NCBI GenBank assembly: GCA_963976765.1
Contig: CAXBME010000013.1
Coordinates: 62,001-126,000, forward strand
DNA: 64,000 nt
Direction: 5' to 3'
Source of the DNA: an uncultured Planctomycetaceae bacterium
GTDB lineage: Bacteria; Planctomycetota; Planctomycetia; Planctomycetales; Planctomycetaceae
In this document: in pieces, positions 1-11,000 of the stretch
How the letters are laid out: each line of letters opens with the position of its first letter
How positions within the stretch are numbered: position 1 is the first letter of the stretch
Notes under the pieces: generated by a model
What the model saw: the letters and a program-made list of their open reading frames with translations, nothing else
The model's database searches: none
Told to the model about the DNA's origin: nothing
Position numbers and translations under genes: made by a program

Positions 1-1
1 G

Positions 2-886
2 TTCGACGGCATCGACTACTTCCTCTTCCTGCCACATACAAATCCTGAAGCGACCGACGACGAACTGCGAGGAATCGCTGACCTCATTGCGTCGCACAAT
101 TTCACGGTTGGTTCGCTGGTTGCTCCGATCTGGCCGGGAACAGTTGGTGACTCGGCGATGGGCGACGATGCCGCTCGTGAGAAATTTCTCTCAGCTGTCA
201 CGATGGCCTGTCGAATCGCCCGTATTTTCGAAGACCACGGCGTCCGCAAGTACGGCGTAATTCGTATCGACTCGGCCGAGTTCGGCGTCGAGAAGTGGCG
301 TGAAAATGCGAAAGCCAACACGACCCGCATTGCCGATACGTTCCGCGAAGCTGCGAAGATCGCCGCTGATAACGGCCAGCGTCTCGCCGCTGAAGGCGAA
401 ATCTGCTGGGCCGGTATGCACTCCTGGAAGGACATGCTGGATCTTCTGGAAGAAGTCGGCATGCCGGAGTCACTCGGTTTCCAGGCCGACCTGGCTCACA
501 CTTATCTCTACCTGCTGGGATACAACGCTCCTGAACATGCGCTGGTCAAAGAAGGCTACGGCGACGACGAGTTCTACGCCGCCTACGAGCAGATGACCGA
601 CAAGCTGCGTCCCTGGACGCTCGACTTCCACGTCGCTCAAAACGATGGCGAAGTTCACGGAGCTGGCTCACATGACAAAACCGGCAAACACTGCCGGGCC
701 GATGACCCCAACGGCAAACTCGACATCACAAAATGCTCGGGCTACTGGCTCAAAGACTACGAGCAGCGGGGCATTCAGCACATCTGCTGGGACGGTTGCA
801 TGTTCCCGAACGCGACTCTTGAGAATGGCGAAACCTGGAACACGATCCTGGACGCCATGATCAAGGTCAGGGACGCCCAAGGTTAG
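2..886 (+). CDS. Sugar phosphate isomerase/epimerase, xylose-isomerase-like TIM barrel (5'-truncated by window edge)
   Basis: Frame is open from position 2 ([12 protein letters not shown]...) into ORF 158..886; metal-ligand-like motifs [19 protein letters not shown]; adjacent to a Gfo/Idh/MocA gene. Confidence 0.75.
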   Translation, partial: FDGIDYFLFLPHTNPEATDDELRGIADLIASHNFTVGSLVAPIWPGTVGDSAMGDDAAREKFLSAVTMACRIARIFEDHGVRKYGVIRIDSAEFGVEKWRENAKANTTRIADTFREAAKIAADNGQRLAAEGEICWAGMHSWKDMLDLLEEVGMPESLGFQADLAHTYLYLLGYNAPEHALVKEGYGDDEFYAAYEQMTDKLRPWTLDFHVAQNDGEVHGAGSHDKTGKHCRADDPNGKLDITKCSGYWLKDYEQRGIQHICWDGCMFPNATLENGETWNTILDAMIKVRDAQG

Positions 887-919
887 TAGGTTGGACATAA
901 ATTTTAGAGGGAGACGACG

Positions 920-2059
920 ATGGCTACGAAACCATTGAATATTGGACTTGTCGGCTATGGATTCATGGGCCGGACTCATTCCAACGGCTACAAACGAGTC
1001 AACGACTTCTTTCATGAGTTGGAGTACCGTCCCGTTCTGAAGGCGATTTGCGGTCGCAATGCAGAGCGAACGAAAGAGTTCGCTGAGCAGTGGGGCTATG
1101 AGTCAACCGAATCTGACTGGAAGGCTCTGATCGCTCGCGACGATATCGACGCGATCGATATCTGCACGCCGAACAACACTCACGCGGAGATCGCCATTGC
1201 TGCTGCCGAAGCCGGCAAGATGGTGCTCTGCGAAAAACCGCTGGCTCGCACGACGGAAGAGAGTCTGCCGATGGTTGAAGCCATCGAAAAAGCCGGCGTC
1301 GCCAACACTGTCTGGTACAACTATCGTCGCGTGCCGGCTGTGACGCTGGCCAAGCAGATCATCGATTCCGGCAAGCTCGGCAGAATTTTCCACTATCGCG
1401 CCAATTTCCTGCAGGACTGGACGATCTCGGCAGACCTGCCTCAGGGCGGTGAAGCCCTGTGGCGGCTGGATGCTGAAGCGGCAGGTTCCGGAGTGACGGG
1501 CGACCTGCTTGCCCATTGCATTGATACCGCGATCTGGCTGAACGGTGGCATTAAAGATGTGTCGGCCATGACCGAAACATTCATCAAAGAACGCGTCCAT
1601 CAGGGCACTGGTGAAAAGCAGGCTGTCACGATTGACGACGCCTGCATTTTTCACTGCCACTTTAATAATGGTTCGCTCGGGCTGTTTGAGTCGACTCGTT
1701 ACGCCCGTGGTCACAAGGCACTTTACACATTCGAAATCAACGGCGAGCACGCATCGATTCGGTGGGATCTTCACGACCTGAATAGACTCGAATTCTTTGA
1801 CCACAGCGATGAAGGCATCGTTCGCGGTTGGCGAAGCGTCCATATCACGGATGGCGACCAGCCTTACATGGATCACTGGTGGGTGCCAGGGCTTTGCATC
1901 GGGTACGAACACACGTTCGTGCATCAGGTAGCGGACTTCCTGGCGTCGCTGTCGAGTGGTGAGCCATGCAGGCCAACCTTCCGCGATGCACTGGAAACAG
2001 CCAGAGTCTGCGATGCTGTTCTCGCAAGTGCCGCCAACAGAGCCTGGACCGACGTCTAA
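920..2059 (+). CDS. Gfo/Idh/MocA family oxidoreductase
   Basis: N-terminal Rossmann [14 protein letters not shown] motif, GDLLAHCID. Confidence 0.9.
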   Translation: MATKPLNIGLVGYGFMGRTHSNGYKRVNDFFHELEYRPVLKAICGRNAERTKEFAEQWGYESTESDWKALIARDDIDAIDICTPNNTHAEIAIAAAEAGKMVLCEKPLARTTEESLPMVEAIEKAGVANTVWYNYRRVPAVTLAKQIIDSGKLGRIFHYRANFLQDWTISADLPQGGEALWRLDAEAAGSGVTGDLLAHCIDTAIWLNGGIKDVSAMTETFIKERVHQGTGEKQAVTIDDACIFHCHFNNGSLGLFESTRYARGHKALYTFEINGEHASIRWDLHDLNRLEFFDHSDEGIVRGWRSVHITDGDQPYMDHWWVPGLCIGYEHTFVHQVADFLASLSSGEPCRPTFRDALETARVCDAVLASAANRAWTDV

Positions 2060-2227
2060 CGAAGTTGCTTTAAGGTTGTGGCAAACCTGCTTCGACACAA
2101 TACTGAACTGATAATTCGAACTGACTACTGGCGGTTGTGGCGTGTTTTGATAACTCGCTGCGACCGCCAGTTCCTGTTGCGCCCGAAGGTTTAGTCGGGC
2201 CTCAACCGACTGCGAAGGAGAAGTGCG

Positions 2228-2707
2228 ATGGTGAATCCAATCTCGCGAGAGGGATATGACAAGCTCCGTGAAGAGATTCGACATCTTGAGGAAGAGGTGA
2301 TGCCTGTCATCACGGCTGCGATTGCGGAGGCTCGGGCCGAAGGTGACCTGAAAGAAAACACCGAGTATCACGGGCAGCGTGAAGCGCAAGGCATGACTCA
2401 GGCCAAGATCAATCAATTGAAGAGCAAACTTGCGTCATGCGAGATCGTCGATAAGGCGACTTTGCCCAAAGGCGTCGTCACGTTCGGTTCGACCGTGACC
2501 GTCAAGGATCTCGATATGGGCGATCTGGAAACTTATGAATTTGTCGGACCGGGCGAAGAGGACTACACCGGCGACGTCATGAAAATTCTGACCAGCAGTC
2601 CCCTCGCGACAGCTTTGTCGGGTAAAAAAGTAGGCGACCAGGTTGAAGTCGACGTCCCACGCGGCACGCTTAAGCTGGAAGTTGTGGAGATCGTCGACTT
2701 TGACTGA
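2228..2707 (+). CDS. greA: Transcription elongation factor GreA/GreB
   Basis: [14 protein letters not shown] signature, [31 protein letters not shown] upstream. Confidence 0.93.
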   Translation: MVNPISREGYDKLREEIRHLEEEVMPVITAAIAEARAEGDLKENTEYHGQREAQGMTQAKINQLKSKLASCEIVDKATLPKGVVTFGSTVTVKDLDMGDLETYEFVGPGEEDYTGDVMKILTSSPLATALSGKKVGDQVEVDVPRGTLKLEVVEIVDFD

Positions 2708-2760
2708 GATTTCGACCTGCGGCTTTCCATTGGCATTGTGAAAACAGGAGCGTCTCAACG

Positions 2761-4020
2761 ATGCGAATTCTGATAACGGCAGCGGCGACTCTTCTGGCGG
2801 TTTTTACGGTGAAGTCTTCTGCCGAAGACTGGCCGGAATTTCGCGGGCCATTGGCAAACGGACACTCGGTTGCGGTCGGGCTTCCGCATAAGTGGAGCAT
2901 CGACCAGAACGTTGTTTGGAAGCGTGCCATTGCCGGGCTTGCCTGGTCGTCACCAGTGGTGCTCGGAGATCGAGTTTACCTTACCACTTCGGTTGCCGAT
3001 GGCGACGAACTGGGGCCGGATCAGTCTTTGAGAACGCTCTGTCTGGATGCCGAATCGGGATCGGTTCAGTGGGACGTGGAAGTCTTCCGTCAATCGAAGA
3101 CGGGGACACCGAAAGACAAGGTTCACAAGAAAAACAGCCATGCAAGTGCGACGCCAATTACCGACGGCAAGCATTTGTTCGTCCATTTTGGCGTGCACGG
3201 AACTGCTTGCCTGACGCTTGACGGGAAGACGGTGTGGACCAACCAGAAATTCAGCTTTGCACCGGTTCACGGCAACGGAGGCTCGCCAGTTCTGGTTGAC
3301 GGCCTGCTTATATTTTCCTGTGACGGGGGCGACGTTGACTTTATCGTCGCGCTCGACCAGGCCAGCGGAAAAGTTCGCTGGAAGACCGATCGCACGGCGG
3401 CTCATCTTAAGAAGAAGTTTGCCTTCTCGACACCATTGATTATTACCGTCGATGGTCGTCAGCAGGTTGTCTCACAGGCTGCGGGCGCTGTTTACGGCTA
3501 CGATCCCAAAGACGGCAGTGTGGTCTGGAAGGTGGATTACGAAGACGGCTATTCCGTGGTGCCTCGTCCCGTTTTTGCTCACGGTCTCCTGTTCGTGTCG
3601 AGCGGCTTTGACAGAGCGAAAATTCTGGCTATTGACCCAACAGGCAAAGGAGACGTCACTCAGTCGCACGTTCGATGGGTCATGACAAAAGGCGCTCCAC
3701 ACACACCTTCGCCTCTGGTGGTTGGCGACGAGTTGTACATCGTCAGCGATGGCGGAGTATTAACCTGCCTCGACGCGAAGTCTGGCGAGGTCCACTATCA
3801 GGAACGTCTTGGCGGCAAATATTCAGCGTCACCGTTGTTTGCGGATGGAAAAATCTACGTCCAGGCCGAGGAAGGTGAAGGAATCGTGTTTCGCCCCGGC
3901 ACGGAGTATGAAGAGGTCAGCAGAAACAAACTGGAAGCAAGAACGTTTGCTTCGTTTTCCGTCTATGGGTCGTCTCTGCTGATTCGAAGTGAGAAACATC
4001 TTTATCGAGTCTCGAATTAA
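2761..4020 (+). CDS. PQQ-binding-like beta-propeller repeat protein (BamB-like), secreted
   Basis: Signal peptide, DWPEFRGP, repeated SSPV/ATP and LDAxSGxVxW blade motifs. Confidence 0.88.
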   Translation: MRILITAAATLLAVFTVKSSAEDWPEFRGPLANGHSVAVGLPHKWSIDQNVVWKRAIAGLAWSSPVVLGDRVYLTTSVADGDELGPDQSLRTLCLDAESGSVQWDVEVFRQSKTGTPKDKVHKKNSHASATPITDGKHLFVHFGVHGTACLTLDGKTVWTNQKFSFAPVHGNGGSPVLVDGLLIFSCDGGDVDFIVALDQASGKVRWKTDRTAAHLKKKFAFSTPLIITVDGRQQVVSQAAGAVYGYDPKDGSVVWKVDYEDGYSVVPRPVFAHGLLFVSSGFDRAKILAIDPTGKGDVTQSHVRWVMTKGAPHTPSPLVVGDELYIVSDGGVLTCLDAKSGEVHYQERLGGKYSASPLFADGKIYVQAEEGEGIVFRPGTEYEEVSRNKLEARTFASFSVYGSSLLIRSEKHLYRVSN

Positions 4021-4074
4021 AGATTTTTTGGTGATCGAGTGACGCTGCTCTGAACAGGCTGAGAAGGTTTTACG

Positions 4075-4902
4075 ATGTCAAAATTTCAGGCGGTTCCCGA
4101 TCAGGCTGATCTTGAAAATATGGATCGCGATCTGAGGTTCTATCCGAGTCAGATAAAGAAGCCCGGAACTCTGAGCTTTGAACAGGTCGAGCAGTACAAC
4201 CGCGACGGGTATGTCAAAGATCTGGCTGTCTTTTCACCGACTGAAACTGAGGAAGTTCGCACCTACTTTGATGCGTTACTGGAACGAGCCATCGCAGCTG
4301 GCGGCGACAGCTATTCAATCAGCAGTGCTCATCTGACGTACGGTCGAGTCTATGACCTGCTGTGCGAACCGCGTATCGTTGCTTATGTGAAGGATATCCT
4401 TGGCGAAGATGTGATCGGTTGGGGGTCACATTTCTTCTGCAAAATGCCGCACGACGGGAAGTCAGTGGCCTGGCATCAGGATGCGAGCTACTGGCCGCTG
4501 ACACCGTCAAAGGCTGTTACCGTGTGGCTGGCCATCGACGATGCTGATATCGAGAACGCCTGCATGAAATTTGTGGCCGGTTCGCAGCATGTCGGGCATT
4601 TGACGTTTCGACCGAGTTCCGACGAAGAAGGTAACGTCCTGAATCAAACGATCGACAACGCCGAGCAGTACGGTGAAGTTGTCTTCGACGAGCTGTTGGC
4701 CGGACAGGTGTCGTTGCACTCGGATTTGCTGCTGCATGGGTCCGAAGCGAACGACTCAGATCGTCGTCGCTGTGGCCTGACCTTGCGATATTGCACGCCT
4801 GACGTAGTCGCTGGTTCCAACTGGCACGACAAGGGGGTCGTGGTGGCGGGTAAGGATTTTTCGGGAAACTGGTTGAACCCGGCCCGACCTGCCAATGACT
4901 GA
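4075..4902 (+). CDS. Phytanoyl-CoA dioxygenase (PhyH) family Fe(II)/2-oxoglutarate dioxygenase
   Basis: WHQD (HxD) motif, VTVWLAIDDA, distal LHGS...RR motif. Confidence 0.88.
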   Translation: MSKFQAVPDQADLENMDRDLRFYPSQIKKPGTLSFEQVEQYNRDGYVKDLAVFSPTETEEVRTYFDALLERAIAAGGDSYSISSAHLTYGRVYDLLCEPRIVAYVKDILGEDVIGWGSHFFCKMPHDGKSVAWHQDASYWPLTPSKAVTVWLAIDDADIENACMKFVAGSQHVGHLTFRPSSDEEGNVLNQTIDNAEQYGEVVFDELLAGQVSLHSDLLLHGSEANDSDRRRCGLTLRYCTPDVVAGSNWHDKGVVVAGKDFSGNWLNPARPAND

Positions 4903-5617
4903 TTGCTCCACGCGAAGAGTCGATCGTCGCAAGTTTTCGACATTGCTGGGGCGTGATTTGACAGTCTGTTGGTGAATTGGCAGGGGCACTCCGCCGTGCT
5001 GCGCGCCTCGCAGAAATCGTGCTGATGTCGGCTGTGGCCCGTCTGCGTGCGTCGGCTACTTTGAGTGGTTTAACAGGCTGTTTGACCGAGTGCCGTCGTA
5101 CTTTTGAGACGGCTTGTCAGGGTCACCAGATTCAGCATTCCCGCTTTCGAGCCCGTTTGCTTCGACCGAATTCTGGTGTGTCGAGCGAATGCTCTGCTGC
5201 GTGGTGCCTGAGTTGATGCGGAAGGCCTCTGCGAGGTTCCTCGATTCGAAATCTATGAATTTCGGTAAAATCGGAAAAACAGGAACTTTCGGGTCTCACG
5301 CAGAGGTGGTATATTCGCTGTAGATTGCGTAGTTTGTGGGTCTGCGGCGGGAGACTGAGGACAGAAGGGCACTTTGTCAGCGGCGGCGAGCCGAAGTGCA
5401 GTTGCCTAAACACCGAGCCAATCTGCCGTTCTACGAGGATTCAATCGTCTAGCGGCATTTGTAGTTTTGAGTTCGGCAATGCAAAACGGCTTCGTTCACG
5501 ACGTCGGCTGACGCGGGTCAGTCGAGGATCGTCTGGGTGGCGAACTCGATCAAAGACGTCGCTTTCTGCGATATCACTTTTCAGGTAACAAGATCAGGAA
5601 CGAAGAGGAACACTCCA

Positions 5618-6814
5618 ATGAAGAAACTACTTGTGGCACTGGCCGTGCTCGCTTCCGCGAGTACTCAAAGCCAGGCGGGCGATTGCTGTAAGGCGGCGAC
5701 ATGCGCCCCCTGCCCTCAGGTGGCGTGTCAGGCTCAGCCAGCCTGCCAGCCTGCAGTCGAATGGAAGGAAGTCGAGCGAACCGTACTCGTTCCGACTTGG
5801 GAAACCGAGAAGAAAACGGTGACTCGCACAGAGTACAAGCAGGAAACATCTGAGCGTGAAATTACCGTCAACCAGTGGGTCCAGAAGCAGGACAAAGTAA
5901 GTCGCGATGTGACTTACTACGAGTGCGAAAAGAAGGTGAAAGATGTCACCCACAAAGTGGCGAAGCAGAACTGGAAGGATGTCGAAGTCAAGTACCACGT
6001 CAACGTTCCAACCCGTGAGACGAAGACCGGAACTCGAACCGTCCGGAAACCACACTGGAAAGAAGTTTCTCACGAATACACCGTAATGGTGCCTTCGCTG
6101 GAAACGCAGACTCAGAAGTACTGGGTGTGGGAAAGCGTTCCCGTCAAGAAGACCCGCAAGGTCTGCGAAGACAAAGGTCACTGGGAAGAAAAGCAGGTTC
6201 AGGTTGGCGGATGCAATCCCTGCCAGACAGCCTGTGGATCATGCAACACCTGCTGCAATCCCTGCCCGGTAACCTGCACTCAGAAAGTCTGGGTACCGAA
6301 CATCGTCGAAACCGAAGTCGAGTACACCGTTCACGAGTGCCACAAAGCGGAAAAAACTCGTGAAGTTCAGGTATGCGTCAGCAAGCCTGAAAAGAAGACC
6401 TGTACCCGCAAAGTTTGCGAGTGGGTCGAAGAACAGGAAGAGTACACCTACGAAGTTTGTGGCTGGAAACAGGAAGAAAAGACCTGCACTCGCAAGGTCT
6501 GTGAAACCAGCTGGGAAGAAGTGACGAAGAAAGTCGAATGCTCCGAGTGGGTAGCGAAGACGAAAACCGTTGAAGACACCGTCTGCCGTTGGGAATGCGT
6601 TCCAACCAAAAAGACGATCAAGGAAACACGCTGCGTTCCTGTCGAAGTGCAAGAAGAAGTTGATGTGCAGGTTTGTCGGATGGTTGAAAAGACCATCAAG
6701 GAAAAGGTCTGCGTTCCAGCACCTGCTCCCTGCAGTGCTTGCCAGCCAGTTGCCCCTTGCAACGCCTGCAAGCCAGCTCCGTGCAAATCGAGCTGCAAAA
6801 GCTGTTGCTCGTAA
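5618..6814 (+). CDS. Secreted Cys-rich YTV-repeat-like planctomycete envelope/structural protein
   Basis: Start re-set to ATG 5618 (MKKLLVALAVLASAS signal peptide, GAGGA upstream); V/T/E/K-rich alternating sequence with EYTVMVP, EYTVHEC, EYTYEVC; three Cys clusters. Confidence 0.75.
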   Translation: MKKLLVALAVLASASTQSQAGDCCKAATCAPCPQVACQAQPACQPAVEWKEVERTVLVPTWETEKKTVTRTEYKQETSEREITVNQWVQKQDKVSRDVTYYECEKKVKDVTHKVAKQNWKDVEVKYHVNVPTRETKTGTRTVRKPHWKEVSHEYTVMVPSLETQTQKYWVWESVPVKKTRKVCEDKGHWEEKQVQVGGCNPCQTACGSCNTCCNPCPVTCTQKVWVPNIVETEVEYTVHECHKAEKTREVQVCVSKPEKKTCTRKVCEWVEEQEEYTYEVCGWKQEEKTCTRKVCETSWEEVTKKVECSEWVAKTKTVEDTVCRWECVPTKKTIKETRCVPVEVQEEVDVQVCRMVEKTIKEKVCVPAPAPCSACQPVAPCNACKPAPCKSSCKSCCS

Positions 6815-6830
6815 GTTAACGGTCTGATCC

Positions 6831-6876
6831 GAACATTGGCCGCTGGTTGCTGTCAAACGGCGGCGGCCAATGTTTC
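6831..6876 (+). other. Stem-loop immediately downstream of the YTV-like gene
   Basis: AACATTGGCCGC ... GCGGCCAATGTT inverted repeat. Confidence 0.55.
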
Positions 6877-6906
6877 ATACGGCAGAGTTCTCACAAAGCT
6901 GTCGCG

Positions 6907-6950
6907 AAAACGCCCCGCAACGAATGAATCGTAGCGGGGCGTTTTTTTTT
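6907..6950 (+). terminator. Rho-independent terminator (possibly bidirectional)
   Basis: AAAACGCCCCGC ... GCGGGGCGTTTT stem followed by a T9 run, between convergent genes. Confidence 0.85.
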
Positions 6951-6975
6951 GCGCTGATGGATTTGGCAACTCAAC

Positions 6976-7845
6976 CTACTTCATTGTTCGATCGACCGAG
7001 GTCGCGCTGCACTTGATTCTTGAGTCCAGCCAGTCCAGAAGTTCGTTCAGGGTCTCGCTCCAGTCTTCCTCGTTGAGAAGTTCGTGATAGTGCTCATCAA
7101 GGATTCTCATCGTCCTGTCCGGCGAACCTGTTTTCTCCAGCCAGGGTTCGACCGCCAGCGGATCGACGATCAGATCGGCACCTGCCTGCATTGCCAGAAC
7201 CGGAATGGCAATCGACGCCGCATCCTTGTGGGCATCCAGCAGGGCCTGCTTCATCTGAAAAAACCACGAAGCCGTTACGCTGCGATGTAATAGAGGATCC
7301 GAAGCACGCTTCGCCAGTGCTTTGGCGTTTCGGGTTGTGTGTTCGGGCGGAACCTTGCTCTGGAATCTGGTCGTCGGAGCAACGAACGACATCATTTTTC
7401 CAATGGCGTAGGTTAATGGATCGATCTTCACCCGCAGGCCGAGCAGTGGTGACATTGGTATCAGAGCTGCCAGCCGCGACGCGCGAGTTTCGGCAAATCG
7501 GATGGAGACGAGTCCGCCAAAGCTGTGCCCCATGACTGCCGTGCGAGACGGGTTCAATTCGAAGTACTGCCAGATGGTGTCTAGATCCTGGAGGTACTGC
7601 TCGAAGCGATCGATGTGAACGGCGATGCCATCAGACCGGCCATGCCCGCGCAAGTCAGGGATCAGCACATCCCAACCGTGGGCGACAGCGGCTTCGGCGG
7701 CGTGCAGGTATCGACCTCCGTGTTCACTGGTTCCGTGAATGATGACCAGTGTGCGACCGCAGCGAACGGTTTGCGGTGCAGTGCAGCTTCGCACAAAGAG
7801 ATTAGCGGAATCGTTCGCCGCAACGTTGAACTCGGTGCACTTCAT
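6976..7845 (-). CDS. Alpha/beta hydrolase, lysophospholipase (Hydrolase_4) family
   Basis: IIHGTSEHGGRY, DLRGHGRS, GHSFGG nucleophile elbow, terminal HELLNE. Confidence 0.9.
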   Translation of the reverse strand: MKCTEFNVAANDSANLFVRSCTAPQTVRCGRTLVIIHGTSEHGGRYLHAAEAAVAHGWDVLIPDLRGHGRSDGIAVHIDRFEQYLQDLDTIWQYFELNPSRTAVMGHSFGGLVSIRFAETRASRLAALIPMSPLLGLRVKIDPLTYAIGKMMSFVAPTTRFQSKVPPEHTTRNAKALAKRASDPLLHRSVTASWFFQMKQALLDAHKDAASIAIPVLAMQAGADLIVDPLAVEPWLEKTGSPDRTMRILDEHYHELLNEEDWSETLNELLDWLDSRIKCSATSVDRTMK

Positions 7846-8059
7846 GGTTCGGCGCCCCTCTCTGTCGTTCTGACACTGAGGACGATGTTAAACACCGCAG
7901 ATGACCGAACGTCTTTTTGAATAGCGAAATCGAATTCAGAGGATGCTCAGTCGCCCGGAAGAATCTTTTGTGATCCACAACAGCAGTCAGACAGAACACT
8001 CCTGCCGGGCGACTGTTGAAAAGCCGAACGAAAAACTTCCGGTTCTACTTAATACGTCA

Positions 8060-11000
8060 TTACAGCGGCTGTTCCTGAAGTGGAATTCGCATTCTTAGTC
8101 GGCTGAATCCAAGATCGATGCGGCTGGTCAGGCCGTGAAGCTGCAGTTCACCGGCGTCTCGATCAATCTGATAATGCACAATTTTGTCCTGAATCATGGG
8201 GGCCGAGTCGACGTAATCTTCACCCGTCTCCCGGTCAATCACTCGAATTTCAAGCGACCTCGTACTGCTGGATCGTTTCGGGCTGACCCGTGAGATGCCG
8301 ACCAGGAACGGCAGTGAGCACCGATCTGTTCGGATAAAGCTTCGTTGCTGGACTGGGGTTGTCCACAACAGCTTTCCAGTCTTACGGGATGCCGCGATCA
8401 GCAATCCGCGATGGACATGATCAACGGGGACCACCGAATCACTGGCTAGAGAATAGATCTTGTCGGAATCTCCGGATACTTCCGACCGCTGAATGTTGAC
8501 GTAGACGTTTTCGTCATCAGAAAAAACTCTCAACGACGACATGTAACGTGTCTGGTCTCGCGTCAATTCAAGATCGACGATCATTCGGGATGCGTCGGCT
8601 GAAAAAACGCGAAGCCTGGTATCGGTGCTCATCAGCGCCAATTCATCCTCGGTTGACCACGCGGAATAAAACCTGTCTGCAAGTTCTTCATCAAGTAGCA
8701 TTTCGTCAGCCAACGGATCCCAGATGCGGATGCGTTTTCTTGAAGTGTTGGTTTCGAGCGTCACATGAAACAGTTTTCTGCCCACCACGTGGTGTGGATA
8801 GCGAAAGTCGACATTCAACTGATCCTTTCGAATGATCTCGCCCGTCTGCGTCGAAAAGAGCGTGTACCGCGACTGATCCGCGTGAAACATCACCAGCACA
8901 TTTTCGTCGCCGAACAGTCCGGCTTCACGATCGACTTTAACGCCGCTGGCAAGATCAAGATCCGAGCGTCGCCACAGAACACGGCCGGTTGATGGTTCGA
9001 TTCCGAAAAGGTGCTTCCGAGTCTGGAAGACGCACACGGACGGCGTCGACGGACCTGGTTCAATCAGTTCCTGGCCGTATTCAAGGGGAGGGAATGCAAT
9101 TTGCCAGAAAGGCGGTCCATTCTGGTTTTCAAATCGCCCGTCCTGACTTTCGATCAAAGAAACGGCCAGCATCCCTGCCCCGGTTCCTACCGGCATTAAA
9201 TGACCGATCGAGCGATAACTCTGCAGACCTGGCAGCGTCACTCGATTGGGTATGGCAATCGAGCCTCGTTCAGTTCCCGCAAGGCGGTCGAAGATTCGCC
9301 ATTGACTCTGCATGGAGCTGGCATCGTGAACCAGGTCGAACTCAGAGAGTTGACCGTAAATGACTCGACGCGAGAAGTTCTTCCACAGGTTCGATGTCAG
9401 TGGATTCGAGGTTCCGAATCCCCGTTGCCTGACCGAGACCCGTTGAACGTTCCATTTCAGCGGGTGAAGGTCGGCAAAGATTTGTCGGGCTGAGTCATCG
9501 CCAGAGTACAGTCGGACAAAATCGGCACCGGTCAATGAACGACCATGGTTTCCGGTTGGCGTGCGTTCGGTACCGTCGCCTGTCCGCAGCGCAGAAAGGA
9601 CGGTATCCAGTCGGTCTTCCGTGACAGCGCCCAGGTCAGCAGAGCTGAACTCTTTTTCGAAACGATAAAGCGCGTTGCCAGCTTCTGAACTGAGTCTCAG
9701 CTGGCTCCAAAGGGAAATTAAAAGTGCGTCCGCAACAGCTCGTACTTCCGTTTCCGGATGCGAACGGTTTTGAAGAATCAGCAGCTCGGCTTCCTGGACT
9801 CGTCCTGCCTGAATCAGCCGATCGGCAAGTCGATTTCTCACTCGCCCGGCTTCAGCAGTTGCGGCGTACAGCTTAAGGAAGCCGTCCAGGCTTTCGATCG
9901 TATTCAGCGACAACGCGACCTGCCGGTCCTGCTCAATCAAATCCTGCAGTTGAGCGCGGGCGGGGAATGTCGACGTCTGAAGACTTTGCCGGACAAGCTC
10001 TCGCGCATACGCATCGGCAGACACCAGAGAATCTTCGCTGCGTTTCATCGGAATGAATGAATCAAGTCCCGTGTCAATCGCCTGTCTGGCAAATCGAACG
10101 GCGGACAGGGACGAATCGTTCTCGGCTTGCCAGTGAGCCTGCTCGATCAGTGCGTAACCTTGTTCCTGCGGCAGTTTGGACAGTTCAGCCAGTTGCTCGA
10201 CCATGCTTTGCCGCTGGGCTGCTGTGAGGTCAGTCTCGCGCTGGTTCAGTCGTCGAATGATCAATTCACGCAACAGCCATCGTGCTCGATCGACGGTTTG
10301 GAAATTCTGCTTTGCTGACTCGCTTGCGGTTTGGGCTGTCCCGATCAGTTTCGTCAGTCGGTCCGCCGCAGCGTCTTCCTGGGTTGACGAGATTTCGAGT
10401 TGAGCAACAAACAGCTCATCGACGGATTCTCCCTTCTCGGCCTTCTGCAGAAGTTCGTCAAGTAACGCCTGCGCTTCTGAGAAAGCTGTCAGATGCTGGG
10501 GGCCGACGGAAAACATCAGGCCATCGTGGAATAGCAGATTTCCCGGTCGAACTTCATCGGGTACCCGTTCATCGTCGAGTCCGAAGAGAGACAGGTTATG
10601 TTCCCGGATACTGATCAGCCGACTGTGGTCGGTCCGTCGAGACCTGAGGTAACGTTGCTTCGAAAGTTCCGGGACAATCAAGGATGTGGTCCATCGACCT
10701 GAATCCAGATCGACACGTGCGATCCCGCCGGACTTAAGTGGCAGGATGTAATGTTCATCGATCCTGACTCCGCGTCCCGATGGTATCCCTGTCCGAGCAG
10801 TCCAGACGACGCTTCCGTCTGCCAGTGACAGACCTCGCATGCCGTCTTTCTGAACGCAGACGACTGTTTGATCGGTTGCCGCTGCCAGGTAAGCATCTTC
10901 TTCACGCGCTACTTTCCAGAGGCGTTGCCCGGTCTTCAAATCCAGTCGATGAACCTCGTCCGAATGCTGAGGCAAACAGAGCACTGATTCACGGTGGATG

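Noticed and set aside
1103..2416. 437-aa minus-strand ORF, and similar long antisense ORFs at 19708-20916, 25266-26591, 47707-48729 and 56852-58039
   Set aside because: Shadows of well-supported genes on the opposite strand in GC-rich DNA; no recognisable motifs
5367..5383. GGGCACTTTGTCAGC as a sigma-54 promoter for the YTV-like gene
   Set aside because: Spacing fits but the -12 region lacks the TT/T before GC; too weak to call
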